From the NCBI GenBank assembly GCA_963824385.1, contig CAWGPD010000001.1, forward strand, positions 160,001 through 224,000: a DNA stretch of 64,000 bases. Reading direction: 5' to 3'. Under the pieces are notes generated by a model, which saw only the letters and a program-made list of their open reading frames with translations, ran no database searches and was not told where the DNA came from. Shown here in pieces: positions 1-10,100 of the stretch. The DNA is from an uncultured Nitrososphaerota archaeon (GTDB lineage Archaea > Thermoproteota > Nitrososphaeria > Nitrososphaerales > Nitrosopumilaceae). The position numbers were made by a program, and so were the translations under genes. Position 1 is the first letter of the stretch, and every line of letters starts with the position of its first letter.

Positions 1-743
1 CGATTGCAGTAATATTTGTACTAGCATCTTTGACTGCAATCACATCATATACAGTATTTGGTTTTGTCGGACCAGGAGCTCAATTTTCATTTCACACACC
101 TGGACAGAATTTAACACAAGCTGCAGCACCCAATGCCACCACTACCTCAACTGCTCCAGTTGTCACAGTCAACATTCCACTCAACTCATCACAGCAAGGA
201 AATCCAAACTTTACTCCGAATACTATTACGGTTCCCAAGGGCGATATTATACAGTGGACAAATAATGATAAAGTGCCACACACCGTAACTAGTGCACCAG
301 ATGGTTCAACATGGGATTCCGGAATAATATCAGCAGGCAAATCATACCAGTTGGATACATCAAAACTTAATGCTACAGAATATGATTATCTTTGTACAGT
401 ACATCCGTTTATGACAGGAAAAATAATCATAACAGGTCCTGTCAAACCAGTATTTGCAAATGTAACAATAGCAGCTGGAGCTGCAACACAAGCTACCAGT
501 CAGAAATATTTTGATCCTCCACAAATTCCAGTTAAGACTGGAACTACCGTATCTTGGACAAATAAAGACAGTGTGGCACATACGGTAACCAGTGGAGATC
601 CTAATGCCGGTCCATCAGGAATATTTGATTCTAACTTGATAAAACCTGGAAATACATTTACCCATGAATTTGATTCTGTTGGAACAACTCCATACTATTG
701 TACAATTCATCCATGGATGACTGGAAAAGTTACGGTAGGATGA
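1..743 (+). CDS. Tandem blue (type-1) copper / cupredoxin domain protein, probably 5'-truncated by the window edge
   Basis: Two plastocyanin-like domains, each with N-x-D-xxx-HTVTS and Y-x-C-T-x-H-P-x-M-T-G copper ligands; hydrophobic N-terminal stretch. Confidence 0.9.
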   Translation, partial: IAVIFVLASLTAITSYTVFGFVGPGAQFSFHTPGQNLTQAAAPNATTTSTAPVVTVNIPLNSSQQGNPNFTPNTITVPKGDIIQWTNNDKVPHTVTSAPDGSTWDSGIISAGKSYQLDTSKLNATEYDYLCTVHPFMTGKIIITGPVKPVFANVTIAAGAATQATSQKYFDPPQIPVKTGTTVSWTNKDSVAHTVTSGDPNAGPSGIFDSNLIKPGNTFTHEFDSVGTTPYYCTIHPWMTGKVTVG

Positions 744-1150
744 TAGTAAAGTCAATAGTTTTATCTAAAAATCAAATTGATACACTAAAACAGCATTCCC
801 AAAAAAATTCTCCAAACGAGGCATGTGCCATATTATTTGGCAAAACAGATAATGATAACATTACAGTCAAGGAAGTTTTTCTAACAAAAAACATAGAAAA
901 CTCACCAGTGAGTTTTACAATAGCACCTGAGGAATTAATACACGCATATGATGCTTCAGAGAAGAAAAATCTAGAGGTAAGTGCAATATTTCATTCCCAT
1001 CCAGGATCTGTAGCATATCCATCAGCAACTGACAAGAAATACATGCAAATCAATCCAGTACCATGGATTATTTTTTCAAATATACATGACGAGTTTAAAG
1101 CATATATCTACGATTTGGATTTAGTACCAGTTCCAGTAAAGATTTTGTAA
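740..1150 (+). CDS. JAMM/MPN+ (M67) metallo-isopeptidase
   Basis: EACAIL and FHSHP-x5-PS-x2-D motifs; ATG at 740 overlaps the upstream TGA (ATGA). Confidence 0.9.
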   Translation: MIVKSIVLSKNQIDTLKQHSQKNSPNEACAILFGKTDNDNITVKEVFLTKNIENSPVSFTIAPEELIHAYDASEKKNLEVSAIFHSHPGSVAYPSATDKKYMQINPVPWIIFSNIHDEFKAYIYDLDLVPVPVKIL

Positions 1151-1152
1151 TT

Positions 1153-1248
1153 TTACTTTTTGTGAACGTGTTTATGTCGTTCTAGGTGGTCCTTGTCTGT
1201 AAAAGTGGTATCACAGTCTTTACATTTGAATTCGTGCTTGCCCCACAT
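1153..1248 (-). CDS. 31-aa single C2H2 zinc-finger micro-protein (not in ORF track)
   Basis: MWGKHEFKCKDCDTTFTDKDHLERHKHVHKK: F-x-C-x2-C-x3-F-x5-L-x2-H-x3-H. Confidence 0.75.
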   Translation of the reverse strand: MWGKHEFKCKDCDTTFTDKDHLERHKHVHKK

Positions 1249-1281
1249 CGACAATTATTGGGCAAACTAATCTAAAAGGGT

Positions 1282-1671
1282 TTAGCAAGATGATCTTAGA
1301 GTTATTTTTTTACCATCAAGATTTATTGGAATTTTTACATTTTTTGATGTAATTCTTCCAATTACATTCACAGGAGAATAAGGCTTGATCTCACCTTTGT
1401 TTCCAATCGGAGTTGGTCCAAAGAATAAGCAGATAGCTTGTCCAGGAGGCCAATATGCAACATCAAGCAGATTTACCAAAGGTTTTGAGTTTTCTTCTTG
1501 TACTATAACAGGAATTAGATCAGTGTAGAGTTCTTGGCCCCAGACATGAGCAGTTACAGAAATTGGCAGGTTGCCAAGAATTGTTTTTACGGTATGAGGT
1601 GCAAGCGAATCATCAAGTTCAATCTCCAGAGATCTATCTTGTGGAAGATCAATTGTTATTTTATACAACAT
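1282..1671 (-). CDS. Cyclophilin-like fold protein (DUF369-like)
   Basis: WGQELY, DVAYWPPGQAICLFFGPTP and SPVNVIG motifs. Confidence 0.85.
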   Translation of the reverse strand: MLYKITIDLPQDRSLEIELDDSLAPHTVKTILGNLPISVTAHVWGQELYTDLIPVIVQEENSKPLVNLLDVAYWPPGQAICLFFGPTPIGNKGEIKPYSPVNVIGRITSKNVKIPINLDGKKITLRSSC

Positions 1672-1680
1672 GATAGAAAC

Positions 1681-2517
1681 TTAGGCAAGTGATGCTAGAG
1701 CACGCGTGACATCAGTTTTGCTTATAATTCCTGAGATCTTGCTATGCTCATCAAGTACTCCAAGTGCACTTACATTGTGATTAATCATTACCCTACATGC
1801 TTTTGCGAGGTCTTGATTATGATGTATTGAAAATATACCTCTTGTCATAATTTCACTTGCCAGTGTTATTGCTCCAAATCCTTCAGATGCGATAAAACCT
1901 TTCTGTATATGATCTGATAACGTATAATCATCTGAGAAATCCTCTACTCCAAGTTCAAGTGAGACCCTAAAGAAATCTCGAAAAGATATAACGCCAAGGT
2001 GATTATCATGTTGATCTTTAGTGATTATTCGCGATATTTTATGCTCTAGCATCTTTGCCATAACTCGCGTTAGTGAAGCAGTGTCATGCACTGTAAATAC
2101 GTGATCAGTCATATAATCTGAAACCGCATATTTTTTTGCATAATGAATGGAATAAAATTTTGCAAGATCAGTCTTTGTAAATATTCCCTCAAGATTATTT
2201 TCGGTTCCTACTGCAAGTGAGCTTATATTTTTTTCAAGCATCTTCTTTGCACATAATGCAACTGATGTTGTACTATCTGTGTATTCCAGTCTTTTCATAA
2301 TTTGTGCAAGCGGTATTCTGTCAAGACTTTGATGAGATTTTTCTGTAAACAGGAAAATGCCAACATCTTTTTCTGTTACAATACCAACGGATTTGTGTTC
2401 ATTAGTTACCACAAGACGACTTTTGTTAAGATCAAGTAGTTTTGATATTACCTGTGAAATGCTAGAATTCTCTTCAATAGACAGTGGTTTATGCATCAGG
2501 TCTTTGGCAGTAGTCAT
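1681..2517 (-). CDS. Four-CBS-domain protein
   Basis: Repeated GIVTEKD / GIFTKTD / GVISFRD / GIISKTD CBS motifs. Confidence 0.9.
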   Translation of the reverse strand: MTTAKDLMHKPLSIEENSSISQVISKLLDLNKSRLVVTNEHKSVGIVTEKDVGIFLFTEKSHQSLDRIPLAQIMKRLEYTDSTTSVALCAKKMLEKNISSLAVGTENNLEGIFTKTDLAKFYSIHYAKKYAVSDYMTDHVFTVHDTASLTRVMAKMLEHKISRIITKDQHDNHLGVISFRDFFRVSLELGVEDFSDDYTLSDHIQKGFIASEGFGAITLASEIMTRGIFSIHHNQDLAKACRVMINHNVSALGVLDEHSKISGIISKTDVTRALASLA

Positions 2518-2714
2518 AGAAATATCTTGTACAAATATGCATAAAAACTAGGGATTAATTATCATGTCTGAAAATTACAAGATTTTCTATTTGCCAAAAA
2601 TTTGAAAATAAATTGTGTAACAGGGACGTATTTTGTCGATTCTTATTTAGAGTGCGTAAAATATCATAAAATCAGATTCAGATCACACATTACAATATGG
2701 CTTCAACTCTCATG

Positions 2715-2769
2715 CCTATTGGTTTTAATTACCAACCATTACCGATAATTACCAATAGGTATATAAGAT
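2715..2769 (+). promoter_or_regulatory. Phased operator array plus TATA box upstream of ORF 2791
   Basis: ATTACC at 2728, 2738 and 2748; CCTATTGGT/ACCAATAGG inverted repeat; ATATATAAG at 2761. Confidence 0.55.
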
Positions 2770-2790
2770 AATACCTTTCATAGGGAATAC

Positions 2791-3231
2791 ATGAGTAAAT
2801 CAACACCGGAACCAAGAGAGTTCAATACTGAAACAAAAGAAATCCACTCAGTCTACAAGCATAGCGCAGACAGATTTTTTGATGAGGTAGAAAAATCAAT
2901 ACCACAATATCATCAATCAATAACAAATCTTCAGCGTTCATACATTGCAGCATGGAAAAAGGCAGTAGAATCTACCATATCCATGACTCAGGAATTTGCA
3001 AGCAAATGCGGCATGAGCACAGGCGTTACATCAGCAATGTCAAAGATAGTAAATGACACAACTGAAGAAATCGTCAAGGCACAAACAATACAAAATAAAG
3101 CAATACTGACTGCAATTGATGCTACTCAGCAATCAATCAACACATTCAACGAGAATACAAAATTGTTTACTGGGCTAGACCAAGGCATAATGCAATATTG
3201 GATTAAAGCATGCACACCTACACGAAACTAG
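2791..3231 (+). CDS. Hypothetical all-helical protein (phasin-like composition, unverified)
   Basis: 146-aa amphipathic helical ORF with TATA about 25 nt upstream. Confidence 0.6.
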   Translation: MSKSTPEPREFNTETKEIHSVYKHSADRFFDEVEKSIPQYHQSITNLQRSYIAAWKKAVESTISMTQEFASKCGMSTGVTSAMSKIVNDTTEEIVKAQTIQNKAILTAIDATQQSINTFNENTKLFTGLDQGIMQYWIKACTPTRN

Positions 3232-3337
3232 TGTAAAGGAGCTTTTATCTTTTTTATTTTGAATAATTATACATGAAAATTTTTGTTTTAAAACAGAGAA
3301 TAGATAAAAACGTAAAACAGTCGCAGGTTTATGCGAT

Positions 3338-4513
3338 TTATAATCTTTTGGCAAGCAATTTGGATAACGCGTTAGATATGTTCTTTCTAATATTCTTATC
3401 ATACATATCTGGAATTATGTTCTCATAATGTATTTCTTTTTCAGGAATAGTTTTAGCAATTGCCTGTGCTGTTGCAATCAACAAGTCAGTTGTTATCTTT
3501 TTTATTTTCTTATCAAGTATAACTCTCATGATATGAGGAAATACAAGAGCGTTATTGACCTTATTTGGGTATAGATAGCTCCCAGTTGCAATAATTTTTG
3601 CGCCAGATGCCTTTGCAATCTCTGGTTTTACCTCCGGATTAGGATTTGTCAGTGCAAAAATTATCGAATCTTTATTCATACTTTTTATCATTTGTCCATT
3701 TAGTAGATTCTTTTGTCCTGAAACTCCGATAAACACATCAGCATTTTTCATCACATCAAAAAGTTCACCTTTTTCTCTTTTTGGGTTTGTGATTTGTGCC
3801 AACTCTTGTTTGTACTTGTTCATGCCTTTTGTTCTTCCCTTGTAAATCGCACCTTCAGAATCTGTAACGACGATATTTTTGCAACCTGCTGCTACAAGCA
3901 ACTTTGTAATTCCATACCCTGCAGAACCTGCACCGGCAACAACTATTTTTATCAAATTGATTTGTTTTTTAACAAGTTTTAGCGAATTCAAGAGTGCCGC
4001 AAGGGCAACAACCGAGGTACCGTGTCTATCATCATGAAATACAGGTATTGATAGAGATTTTTCTAATTCTTCAGATATTTCTAAAACTTTAGGTGATTCT
4101 ATGTCTTCAAGATTTATTGCACCAAAGACAGGTTCAATTGCTTTAATTGCAGTAATTATTTTCTCCTTGTCAGTTTCATTCAAGCATATTGGAAATGCAC
4201 TTATGCCCCCAAACTCCCTATACAAGACTGCTTTTCCCTCCATAACTGGAAGAGCCGCATCAGGGCCAATATTTCCCAGTCCGAGAATTCTCGTACCATC
4301 TGTAATTATGGCTACATTATTTCCCTTGGAGGTAAATGCATATTTTTTTTCTGGATGATGATAAATTTCTTCACAGACTGCAGCGACACCAGGTGTGTAA
4401 ATTAGCTTTATCTGATTACGCTTTAGTTTTTTGATTTTTCCAGTAACAATGATTTTGCCTTTGAGTGATTTGTGAAGAGCGATTGCTTTTTTGGCATTAT
4501 CATCTAAAACCAT
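3338..4513 (-). CDS. NAD(P)-dependent malic enzyme
   Basis: YTPGVA, DGTRILGLGNIG, PVMEGKA, INLEDI, FHDDRHGT and GAGSAG motifs. Confidence 0.95.
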   Translation of the reverse strand: MVLDDNAKKAIALHKSLKGKIIVTGKIKKLKRNQIKLIYTPGVAAVCEEIYHHPEKKYAFTSKGNNVAIITDGTRILGLGNIGPDAALPVMEGKAVLYREFGGISAFPICLNETDKEKIITAIKAIEPVFGAINLEDIESPKVLEISEELEKSLSIPVFHDDRHGTSVVALAALLNSLKLVKKQINLIKIVVAGAGSAGYGITKLLVAAGCKNIVVTDSEGAIYKGRTKGMNKYKQELAQITNPKREKGELFDVMKNADVFIGVSGQKNLLNGQMIKSMNKDSIIFALTNPNPEVKPEIAKASGAKIIATGSYLYPNKVNNALVFPHIMRVILDKKIKKITTDLLIATAQAIAKTIPEKEIHYENIIPDMYDKNIRKNISNALSKLLAKRL

Positions 4514-4771
4514 GATATAGATCTAAACTTGACCTTTGTAAGCTTTCTAGTCACATAGTTAGCCCCTATCCAAGAGAAAATACTGACAATGAAGTTATTA
4601 GGAGAATGCAAAATTCTTCATCAAATACTGAGAGACAAGCAAAAAAATGGCATAGTTTGGCATAGTTTTAAAAAATAATGAATCAGGCTTGCAGGAGTGT
4701 AACTTTGATCCATATTACGTCTGTACTATCTAACTTTGAACCTCTAAATAGAACTATTTCTGAGTAACGAT

Positions 4772-5029
4772 ATGGAAATTCACGTATACGATACATACGT
4801 AGAGGCAAAGGACGGCCACACGATGCATTTTGACGTCATTACCAGTCAGAAGGATCACGTAAAAGCAATCCAATATGCAAAGGAATGGCTCAAGACAGTC
4901 GGAGAGGGCGATTCAAAGGTATCAACTGAGGAATGTCAGTTCTGCCACTCACAAGGTGCACCAGAACCCATTGCAAACGAGATCCAAAAGAAAGGTTATT
5001 TCATCCAAAAGATGGAAGGCTGCCCGTAA
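4772..5029 (+). CDS. DUF2024 family protein
   Basis: VYDTYV, MHFDV and ECQFCHS motifs. Confidence 0.8.
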   Translation: MEIHVYDTYVEAKDGHTMHFDVITSQKDHVKAIQYAKEWLKTVGEGDSKVSTEECQFCHSQGAPEPIANEIQKKGYFIQKMEGCP

Positions 5030-5104
5030 AGCTATCTACTTAATTTTTTAATCCAATCATTATTTTTAAAAACACTATTAGCGTCAGGCATATCATATCA
5101 TACC

Positions 5105-5290
5105 ATGACAAAAAAGATCAAGTATAGTAGACTTTCAATCGAAGGAGACATTCAGACAAGATGGATATGTGGCTGTTTTGAGACAGTGGACGGTTTTTTC
5201 AAATTCTGCTCTCAGCATAAAGAGACAATGAAGCAGACCATAGAATCTCAGATAGACAAACTTGACATGACTACGGTAGTAGAAGAATAA
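5105..5290 (+). CDS. Small hypothetical protein (CGC...C-x2-H, possible Zn binding)
   Basis: 61-aa ORF with ATG start. Confidence 0.55.
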   Translation: MTKKIKYSRLSIEGDIQTRWICGCFETVDGFFKFCSQHKETMKQTIESQIDKLDMTTVVEE

Positions 5291-5301
5291 TATTTCTCAA
5301 G

Positions 5302-5679
5302 TCATCTTCTTTTGGAATATGGCTTGAATGTTATTCCAGCAAGTCCACGGCGAACCATTTTGTTAAATCTCTTACCATGACTAAGATATGGAAATCTCAT
5401 GTGGATCAGTTCATGCACTATGGTATTTTCAAGTACTTTTTCATCTGGAATCTTTCTTATGTTGATAAAGACAACATTATCCAGGATATAGGACACACCA
5501 AGATACTTGTAAGCTGATGTCCTTCTACCTTCAGTTACACTCTTTGGCATTTCCAGTACCTCCTTTGTTGTCAACAATATCTTGGGTTCTGCAATACTAA
5601 ATCTTGCACAATAGATTCCGACTTTTTCTAGTATCTTAAAACGAAGATCAGAGTCTAACTTCACAGAACATGATATCAA
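5302..5679 (-). CDS. Small HExxH zinc metallopeptidase-like protein (YgjP/SprT-like)
   Basis: IVHELIH-x6-HGKRF motif. Confidence 0.75.
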   Translation of the reverse strand: MISCSVKLDSDLRFKILEKVGIYCARFSIAEPKILLTTKEVLEMPKSVTEGRRTSAYKYLGVSYILDNVVFINIRKIPDEKVLENTIVHELIHMRFPYLSHGKRFNKMVRRGLAGITFKPYSKRR

Positions 5680-5762
5680 GAGATCCCAAGTTTAATGCAT
5701 ATTGTCAAAATGTATGCCAGCAATTGTGTAATTTTTTATTTTTACCACTTTAGTGGTAAGTA

Positions 5763-5819
5763 GGGTCAGAAATCCGTTAGTTTAATCACAAATCATACAG
5801 CCACCGTCTCCTCATTCCC
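5763..5819 (-). ncRNA. Candidate C/D-box methylation-guide sRNA
   Basis: Minus strand: ggga-AUGAGGA(C)-GACGGUGGCUGU-AUGA(D')-uuu-GUGAUUA(C')-AACUAACGGAUUU-CUGA(D)-ccc; 12-13-nt guides and a terminal GGG/CCC stem. Confidence 0.7.
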
Positions 5820-5821
5820 CA

Positions 5822-6316
5822 CTAACTCATAGAGTTCATTATGGACCTAGCTCTATTTCTTACCTCCTCTGTTACAGGTACAATTACCAGGCCTTCATTT
5901 GGCTGACCATACAAAATTACAGAATTATCAGGGGCATATACTGCGACTGGAAGTACAAGCAAGTCTTCCTCCCCTGATACTATAATTCTCACTGGCGGGG
6001 TCATACCAAATGCTTTTTGAATTACAGATACACTTTCTTGTGTTATCTCTGCGGCAGGGTTTGTACAAGTAAGAATTGTCTCTGCATTTCCCTCTGGCAA
6101 ATCCCTCTTGCTTCTTTTTTCTACAGAATCTATAATCTGCAATGACGGATTAAAGTCAAACTTTATCATTTTTTCTGTAGTGGCATCACCCACCGTGATT
6201 ATAAAAGATCCCAATGGGATGTGTTTTGAGATATTGATTCTAGTAGTATCAGAGTCTGGCAGTAAAATGCCAAGTGGTTTTTTTAATTGGTCACGTAAAT
6301 TTTCAGGCAGACGCAC
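5822..6316 (-). CDS. GTP-dependent dephospho-CoA kinase (DUF359)
   Basis: LKKPLG, TVGD, GEEDLL and YGQPNEG motifs. Confidence 0.9.
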   Translation of the reverse strand: MRLPENLRDQLKKPLGILLPDSDTTRINISKHIPLGSFIITVGDATTEKMIKFDFNPSLQIIDSVEKRSKRDLPEGNAETILTCTNPAAEITQESVSVIQKAFGMTPPVRIIVSGEEDLLVLPVAVYAPDNSVILYGQPNEGLVIVPVTEEVRNRARSIMNSMS

Positions 6317-6341
6317 AATTTTCTTTTGTTTTCAACTATTT

Positions 6342-7439
6342 TTATGTAGCTACTTCGGCCTTTAGTTCTTCACTTAGTTGAGACGCAAGTACACTACACT
6401 TGGCAGCCACGTTCTTTGCTACAATCATAAAAGATTGAGACATGCTAGAATTAGGATCAGTAACAAGTACTGGCTTTCCACTGTCAGAGCCCTCCATTAT
6501 ACCAGGATTTAGTGGAATCTCTCCCAAGAATGCAAGGTTATGCATTTCACTCATTCTTTTTGCCCCCTCTTTCCCAAAGACGTAATGTTTTTCATTACAT
6601 TTTGTGCATATAAAATAACTCATGTTTTCTATCACACCCATGATTGGTATGTTTAATTTTTGGAACATGCCAAATGCCTTGACTGCAATATTGCTTGCAA
6701 CTTCTTGAGGAGTTGTAACAACAACTATTCCAGTGATGGGTATAGTCTGTGCAAGTGTCAGCGGAATATCCCCAGTTCCTGGTGGCAAGTCTACTATGAG
6801 ATAATCAAGATCAGTCCAGTTGGTGTCAACTAGAAATTGTTTTAAGATTCCAGAAATTATAGGACCACGGTAAATTGCGGCCTGATGTGCTTGCTCTGCA
6901 AAAAATCCAAATGATACAACTTTGATCCCATGTGATTCGGCTGGCTGTAATTTATTATTGTCAACTTCCATCGAAGCCTTGCCCATTCCAAGCATCAGTG
7001 GAACACTTGGTCCATAGATGTCAGCATCAAGTAATCCAACCTTTGCACCGGTCTGTGCCAATGCAAGTGCCAAGTTTACAGATACAGTTGTTTTTCCTAC
7101 GCCACCTTTGCCGCTTGCAACACCTATGATATTTTTTACAGTTGGTAGCATTTGATCCATACTAAGGGATCTTCCTTCCATGACTTTGGCAGTGACCTTT
7201 AGATCAAGTTTTGAGACTTCTTTTATCGTAGCAATTGCAGCTCGTACATCTTGTTCTATTTCGTCATTGAACGGACATGCTGGAGTAGTAAGTTCAAGTG
7301 TAAATTTTAAATCATTTCCGTTTATTTCAATGTCTTTTATCATACCCATAGAGACTATGCTCTTTTTGAGATCTGGGTCAATTACAGTACTAAGTGTGGT
7401 AAGGATTTGATCAACAGATACCATAAAGTAAAAAATCAC
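6342..7439 (-). CDS. mrp: Mrp/NBP35 (ApbC) Fe-S cluster carrier ATPase with N-terminal DUF59
   Basis: TPACP, SGKGGVGKTT, DADIYGPS, DLPPGTGD and ENMSYFICTKC motifs. Confidence 0.95.
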   Translation of the reverse strand: MIFYFMVSVDQILTTLSTVIDPDLKKSIVSMGMIKDIEINGNDLKFTLELTTPACPFNDEIEQDVRAAIATIKEVSKLDLKVTAKVMEGRSLSMDQMLPTVKNIIGVASGKGGVGKTTVSVNLALALAQTGAKVGLLDADIYGPSVPLMLGMGKASMEVDNNKLQPAESHGIKVVSFGFFAEQAHQAAIYRGPIISGILKQFLVDTNWTDLDYLIVDLPPGTGDIPLTLAQTIPITGIVVVTTPQEVASNIAVKAFGMFQKLNIPIMGVIENMSYFICTKCNEKHYVFGKEGAKRMSEMHNLAFLGEIPLNPGIMEGSDSGKPVLVTDPNSSMSQSFMIVAKNVAAKCSVLASQLSEELKAEVAT

Positions 7440-7512
7440 GAATACAATATTTAAACATAGGCAAAAATCATATCCAAAGATTCATAAATTCAAATTTTAT
7501 GTAATTTTTTGA

Positions 7513-8145
7513 TTGTTTTCTATATCAACACTTACTGATGTAGTTAGGATACCGCCTAAACTATTTGGGGAATCGCTAAAAAAAGCAGCTATTACAATTT
7601 TAAGAGAAAAATATGAGAGCATGATAAATCCAGAACTTGGTTATGTCATAATGATACTTGAGACCAAGGTAGAAAAAATGGGCAAAGTAATTGCCGGAGA
7701 TGGAGGAACTTATCATAGAGTAGAATTTACTGCATTAACATTTTCACCAAAACTCCAAGAAATTGTCCGCGGAGAAATTGTCGAAATTACAGACTTTGGA
7801 GCGTTTGTCAGAATTGGTGCAACAGATGCATTATTACACTTGTCACAAATTATGGACGATTATCTCAAAAGCGATGTCAAGTCTGGCATGATCCTTGCAA
7901 ACCAGAGTGGAAGAACAATGAAGATTGGAACTACACTTCGTGCAAGAATTACTGCAGTATCAATTGGCAAGACAGCAGCTATGAAAGTTGGAATTACATG
8001 CAGACAACCTTTCTTGGGAGCAGACGAATGGATTGAAGAAGAAATTAAGAAAGCAAAAGCACCAGCTGCAGCTCCAAAGACTCCAGCAGCCGCTGCAAAG
8101 ACTACTGCTCCAGACAAGGCCAAAAAGACAGCGGAGAAAAAGTGA
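7513..8145 (+). CDS. rpoE1: RNA polymerase subunit Rpo7 (E')
   Basis: GDGGTY and S1 domain FGAFVRIG..DALLHLSQI; adjacent to spt4. Confidence 0.95.
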   Translation: MFSISTLTDVVRIPPKLFGESLKKAAITILREKYESMINPELGYVIMILETKVEKMGKVIAGDGGTYHRVEFTALTFSPKLQEIVRGEIVEITDFGAFVRIGATDALLHLSQIMDDYLKSDVKSGMILANQSGRTMKIGTTLRARITAVSIGKTAAMKVGITCRQPFLGADEWIEEEIKKAKAPAAAPKTPAAAAKTTAPDKAKKTAEKK

Positions 8146-8151
8146 TAAGAA

Positions 8152-8340
8152 ATGGTTAGAGAGTTGGCATGTCGCAAGTGTAAATTTGTTACAGTGGGTA
8201 AAGTTTGTCCCATATGCAAATCATCTGATCTGAGTCCTGATTGGAGTAGTTCAGTCCTTGTTGTAGACCCAACAAATTCTCTTGTTGCCAAATCTTTAGG
8301 AATTAAAGAAAAAGGCAAGTATGCACTCAAGGTAACCTAG
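8152..8340 (+). CDS. spt4: Transcription elongation factor Spt4 (RpoE'')
   Basis: ACRKC..CPIC zinc ribbon, W-S-S-S-V and GKYAL motifs. Confidence 0.95.
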   Translation: MVRELACRKCKFVTVGKVCPICKSSDLSPDWSSSVLVVDPTNSLVAKSLGIKEKGKYALKVT

Positions 8341-8341
8341 G

Positions 8342-9169
8342 TTGCAACAAAGCGCAAAAAAATATCTAGAAAGTTTTCTTGCCGAAGATATTGGAAGTGG
8401 GGATATTACTAGTAGATTACTTTCAAGAAAAAAAATTGTTGCAAACATAATATCTCGTGAGAACGGCATTGTGGCAGGAGTACAATATGCAAAAGAGATT
8501 TTCCAATCAAGAAATTGTAAAGTTACAATACATAGAAAAGATGGACAAACAGTTTCCCCAAATCAAAAGATAGTCACAATATCTGGTGATGCATATCAAG
8601 TACTCTCATGTGAGAGAACTGCACTTAATCTAATGTCAAGGATGAGTGGAATTGCTACCCAGGTAAACACATATGCAAAAAAGATTCGTGCTGCAAACCC
8701 CAAAGTTGGACTCTACTCAACAAGAAAGACTGCACCTGGTCTTAGAATATTTGACAAAGACGCAGTAGAAATTGGAGGAGGTCACAGACACAGAATGGCC
8801 CTTGATCAAATGGTCATGATAAAGGATAATCACATTGCAGCGACAGATTCGCTTTTAGATTTGATAAGACATGCAAAACAAAAACACAAGAAGATCGAAG
8901 TGGAGGTGGAAAGTTTGCATCATGCAATAATGGTAGCAAGGGAGGGCGTGGATATAATCATGCTTGACAACATGTCTCCATTACAGATTAAAAAGATAAT
9001 AAAAAAATTAAAGCAACTAAACTTGCGAAATAAAGTAAAGATTGAAGCATCCGGTGGAATAAATCATTCAAACGTCACACAATATGCAAGATCAGGAGTC
9101 GATATGATATCTATTGGAAAACTAACAAGTTCAGTCTTAGGCCTTGATCTAAGTCTTGAAGTTAATTGA
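8342..9169 (+). CDS. nadC: Quinolinate phosphoribosyltransferase
   Basis: EDIGSGDITS, STRKTAPG, MIKDNH, IMLDN and EASGGI motifs. Confidence 0.95.
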   Translation: MQQSAKKYLESFLAEDIGSGDITSRLLSRKKIVANIISRENGIVAGVQYAKEIFQSRNCKVTIHRKDGQTVSPNQKIVTISGDAYQVLSCERTALNLMSRMSGIATQVNTYAKKIRAANPKVGLYSTRKTAPGLRIFDKDAVEIGGGHRHRMALDQMVMIKDNHIAATDSLLDLIRHAKQKHKKIEVEVESLHHAIMVAREGVDIIMLDNMSPLQIKKIIKKLKQLNLRNKVKIEASGGINHSNVTQYARSGVDMISIGKLTSSVLGLDLSLEVN

Positions 9170-10100
9170 TTGCAAGCATGCGCTCTATTGCAACCTGGGC
9201 CTTGGTTGCAATATTCTTTGGAACCTTTACCTGATACTTTTCTTCTTTTAACGAGGCATGCACCTTATCCAGAGTTATCATCTTCATGTATTTGCATACG
9301 GCAGTTTCAGACATTGCGATGAATTGTTTATCAGGATTGAGTTTTTTCATTCGGTATAATATGCCAGTCTCGGTTGCAACAACAAATTGTTTTGATGTAG
9401 AGTTTTTAGCATGATTCATCATTCCTTCAGTAGATAAAACTTGGACCTGTCTTGAACCATAATCCCCTGATGCAATATCATACATCACCGAAGATGTGCA
9501 ACTACATTCTGGATGAACTAAAAACTCTGCATTTGCATACTCGGTGAGTTTTTGTTGAACGTCTTGTGATCTTATTCCAGCATGAACGTGACATTCTCCT
9601 GCCCAGATGAACATGTTATGACGGTTTGTCATCTTTGCAACATAAGAGCCCAAGAACATATCTGGCAAGAACAAGATTTCCTTGTCTTCAGGAATTGATT
9701 TTACAACATTTACAGCATTAGATGAAGTGCAACAGTAATCAAGTTCGGCCTTTACTTCTGCAGATGTATTTACATAACCTACTGCAATTGCTCCAGGATG
9801 CTCTGACTTCCATTTTCTCAACTCGTCTGCATTTATTGTCTCAGCCAGAGAACATCCCGCTCCAAGGTCTGGAATCAAGACCTTTTTGTTAGGACATGTT
9901 ATTGCCGCAGTCTCTGCCATAAAATGAACTCCACAAAATAGAATTGTCTTGTAGTCAGTGTTTGCAGCTTGTCTTGAGAGACCTAGTGAGTCACCCACGT
10001 AATCTGCTATATCCTGAACTTCAGGTAGTTGATAATTATGAGCAAGAATGAGAACGTCCTTTTCTTTTTTCATTCGCAGTATCTCAGATGTGATATCCAT
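9162..10100 (-). CDS. nadA: Quinolinate synthase
   Basis: ILAHNYQ, GDSL, CGVHFMAE, YVNTSA, HPEC and CKYMK motifs. Confidence 0.97.
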   Translation of the reverse strand: MDITSEILRMKKEKDVLILAHNYQLPEVQDIADYVGDSLGLSRQAANTDYKTILFCGVHFMAETAAITCPNKKVLIPDLGAGCSLAETINADELRKWKSEHPGAIAVGYVNTSAEVKAELDYCCTSSNAVNVVKSIPEDKEILFLPDMFLGSYVAKMTNRHNMFIWAGECHVHAGIRSQDVQQKLTEYANAEFLVHPECSCTSSVMYDIASGDYGSRQVQVLSTEGMMNHAKNSTSKQFVVATETGILYRMKKLNPDKQFIAMSETAVCKYMKMITLDKVHASLKEEKYQVKVPKNIATKAQVAIERMLAIN

